A program made the position numbers and the translations under genes. DNA of 64,000 nt from an uncultured Solirubrobacterales bacterium (GTDB lineage: Bacteria > Actinomycetota > Thermoleophilia > Solirubrobacterales > Solirubrobacteraceae). The stretch covers positions 1,437,640 through 1,501,639 of the forward strand of contig CAVRUG010000004.1 in the NCBI GenBank assembly GCA_963724305.1. The letters run 5' to 3'. Below are positions 61,690-64,000 of the stretch, in pieces. The notes beneath the pieces were generated by a model that was not told the DNA's origin, ran no database searches, and saw only the letters and a list, made by a program, of their open reading frames with translations. Each line of letters starts with the position of its first letter. Positions within the stretch are counted from its first letter, which is position 1.

Positions 61690-63516
61690 TCACCGCAACG
61701 GCTCCACCAGCACGCCCGGGTTCATGATGCCCCGTGGATCCACCGCCTTCTTCGCCCCTTGCAGCGCCGCCGCGAACGGGTCGGGGCGCTGGCGGTCATA
61801 CCAGGGGCGATGGTCGCGACCCACCGCGTGGTGATGGGTGATCGTGCCGCCTCCCTCGATGATCGCATCCGACACCGCGCGCTTGATCGCCGCCCACTGC
61901 TCCAGCTCCTCCCCGCGCCGCCCTCTGGCGAGCACGGTGAAGTAAGGGGCGGGGCCGTCGGGGTAGACGTGCGTGAAGCGACACGACACCCCGCCCGGCT
62001 GCGCTCCCACCTCGCGCATCGCCAGCTCGGCCGTCGCCATCACCCGCTCGTAGAGGGCCGGGAAGCGCTCCCAGGTGATCGCCGTCTCGAAGGTTTCGCT
62101 GATCGCGCTCATCGCCACGAACACATCTCGCAGGTAGGGGGCCGCCAGAAACGTCTCCCGCCAAGTGCTCACGGCGTCGGACCCCTCACCGCCGCCGCCC
62201 GCACCGGCGCCCCGCGAGCCCGTGCCGCCTGCGCTGCCCGTGCCACCACCCCGCAAGCCCATGCCGCCCGCGCTGCCCGTGCCACCACCCCGCGAGCCCA
62301 TGCCGCCTGCGCTGCCCGTGCCACCACCCCGCAAGCCCATGCCACCGCTGCCCATGCCACCGCCGCCCGCACCGCCACCCCCGGAGCCGGTCGGCGCGCG
62401 ACTGCTTGCGCTGCCACCAGAACCGCGCTCCTTGGCCTCCCCCCCGTGCTCCACGCAAATCTCCAAAGCCCGCTCCATCGAGCTGTCCACCGAGTGGTCG
62501 GTGGACTCGAAGCCCATCACCAGCAGTGCGCTGCCGCCGTCGCCCGCCATCGTCATCATCGCCTCGCGCTCGTCGATCAGGCGACAGTTGGCGGGATTCA
62601 GCCCCGACTGGCTGAGCTCCCGCACGCACTCCGCACCCCTGGCGAAGTCGGCAAAGCTCACACCCGCCGAGCGGCGGTGGGTGGGGCGCGGCTGCACGCG
62701 CACCCACGCCTCGGTGATGACCCCGAGGATCCCCTCCGAGCCGGCCAACATGCGGTCGGGGCTAACCCCCGCGCCCGAGCCCGGCAAACGACGCGACTCC
62801 CACTCTCCCGCCGGCGTGATGGCGCGCACCGACTCCACGAAGTCCTCGATGTGCGTCCTCACGGTGGCGAAGTGCCCCGCCGCGCGGGTGGCGATCCAGC
62901 CGCCGAGCGTCGCGAGCTCGAACGACTGCGGGAAGTGGCGCAGGGTCAGGTCGTGCTCGGCGAGCTGGCGCTCCAGCTCCGGTCCGCTCGCGCCGGCTTG
63001 GATGCGCGCCGCACGGGACACTTTGTCCACCTCCAGCACCTGGTCGAGCGCGCCGAGGTCGAGGGTAATGACCCCGTTGTAGGAGGGATCCACCTCGGGC
63101 CGTATGCCGCCCACCACGCTGGTGCCACCGCCGTAGGGGATCGCCGCCACGCGCTGCGCCGCGCACCACTCCAGCAGCTGCTCCACCTCGTGCTCCTCGC
63201 GCGGGTACGCCACGAAGTCCGGCGGGTGCTCGAAGTTGCCGCGAAAGCCCCTCACCACGTCGGGGTAGGACTTGCCCCACGCGTGAGAGGCGCGCGCGTG
63301 GGTGTCGTCGGCGCACAGCTCCGCGAGGGCGGCCGGCGGGGAGATCCGCGGGGCCGGCAGCTTCACGGCCTCGATCGCCACCGGATCATCCACCTCCACC
63401 GGCTCTCCCAATCCCAGGTGCGTCGCCAGCCCGACCGCTGTCGCGCGCACCTGCTCGGGGGAGAAGCGCTGGTCCTCATACCCCCAGCCCCAGTGGTTAC
63501 GCCGTCGCGCCTGCAT
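61690..63516 (-). CDS. FAD-binding oxidoreductase (alkyl-DHAP synthase/GlcD-like) with a Gly-rich repeat insert
   Basis: PYGGGTSVVG, TLGGWIATR, GSEGILGVIT, THHHAVG, MNPG. Confidence 0.9.
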   Translation of the reverse strand: MQARRRNHWGWGYEDQRFSPEQVRATAVGLATHLGLGEPVEVDDPVAIEAVKLPAPRISPPAALAELCADDTHARASHAWGKSYPDVVRGFRGNFEHPPDFVAYPREEHEVEQLLEWCAAQRVAAIPYGGGTSVVGGIRPEVDPSYNGVITLDLGALDQVLEVDKVSRAARIQAGASGPELERQLAEHDLTLRHFPQSFELATLGGWIATRAAGHFATVRTHIEDFVESVRAITPAGEWESRRLPGSGAGVSPDRMLAGSEGILGVITEAWVRVQPRPTHRRSAGVSFADFARGAECVRELSQSGLNPANCRLIDEREAMMTMAGDGGSALLVMGFESTDHSVDSSMERALEICVEHGGEAKERGSGGSASSRAPTGSGGGGAGGGGMGSGGMGLRGGGTGSAGGMGSRGGGTGSAGGMGLRGGGTGSAGGTGSRGAGAGGGGEGSDAVSTWRETFLAAPYLRDVFVAMSAISETFETAITWERFPALYERVMATAELAMREVGAQPGGVSCRFTHVYPDGPAPYFTVLARGRRGEELEQWAAIKRAVSDAIIEGGGTITHHHAVGRDHRPWYDRQRPDPFAAALQGAKKAVDPRGIMNPGVLVEPLR

Positions 63517-63620
63517 CGCTGCCGAGTCTATTGCCGGATGCGGTGACGCCTTCGCGGAGCGCTAGTAGCCTCACTTCGCCACCAAGCGCATCGGTCTCGA
63601 CCTCAGCCTCACTCCGCCCC

Positions 63621-64000
63621 CATGCACATCGGCCTCAACCTCATCTACCTCGTGCCCGGCGACACCGGCGGAATGGAGGTCTACGCCCGTGAGCTACTCC
63701 CGGAGTTGGTGCGCTGCGCGCCGCCAGGCACGCGCTTCACCGCGTTCGTCTCGCGCGAGGCTTCCGCCGCGGCGGATGGGCCTTGGGGCGAGCTGATGCC
63801 GGCCGTCACAGTGCCGGTCAACGCCCGCCGGCGCGAGCAGTGGGTGCTCGGCGAGCAGGCCTTTCTGCCGCGCCTTGCCGCGCGCGTGGGAGTGGATCTC
63901 GTGCACTCTCTCGCCTCCACCGCGCCCGCGTATGGGCGCTTCCGGCGGGTGCTCACAGTCCACGACCTGATCTACGCCCGCTTCCCCGACGCCCACCCCG
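63621..64000 (+). CDS. Glycosyltransferase family 4 (GT-B), 5' part
   Basis: MHIGLNLIYLVPGDTGGMEVYARELL...DLVHSL...VLTVHDL; runs off the window. Confidence 0.85.

Overview
High-GC actinobacterial DNA; gene content and style suggest Thermoleophilia/Solirubrobacterales, which is an inference. The housekeeping backbone (acs, satP-like, bcp, mutM-like, ALDH, cyclophilin, deaD, dcd, gltA, metF, pyk, gloA, panE and others) is interrupted by two accessory blocks. (1) About 8.3-16.2 kb is a decayed islet integrated in bcp, bounded by an 18-bp core repeat with a displaced bcp 3' end. It carries a Fic gene, an IS21 with a 6-bp TSD that splits a small Cys-rich secreted gene, a JAB remnant and tRNA-Gly 3' fragments. 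(2) About 22.2-38.4 kb is the main find, an apparently intact, membrane-centred, eukaryote-like ubiquitin conjugation locus. It encodes a YukD/EsaB-like Ubl ending ...EITAG-A, an E1 with a candidate catalytic Cys, two UBC-fold E2s, a membrane-anchored JAB peptidase, and three RING-TM-extracellular-domain proteins that may be receptor E3 ligases. These sit with two FHA proteins (one an Rv1747-like FHA-FHA-ABC exporter), a TM2 protein, a pseudo-trypsin, a PBP/beta-lactamase-like hydrolase and two GH3 NagZ-like glycosidases. Several of these proteins share short SIM-like motifs. The window also has three type II TA pairs, a dispersed palindromic repeat family, an iteron-like array, many tandem repeats at gene ends, an unannotated 50-aa hyper-acidic ORF, and several single-base frameshifts that probably reflect sequencing error. 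All calls come from reading motifs by eye; no database search was run.
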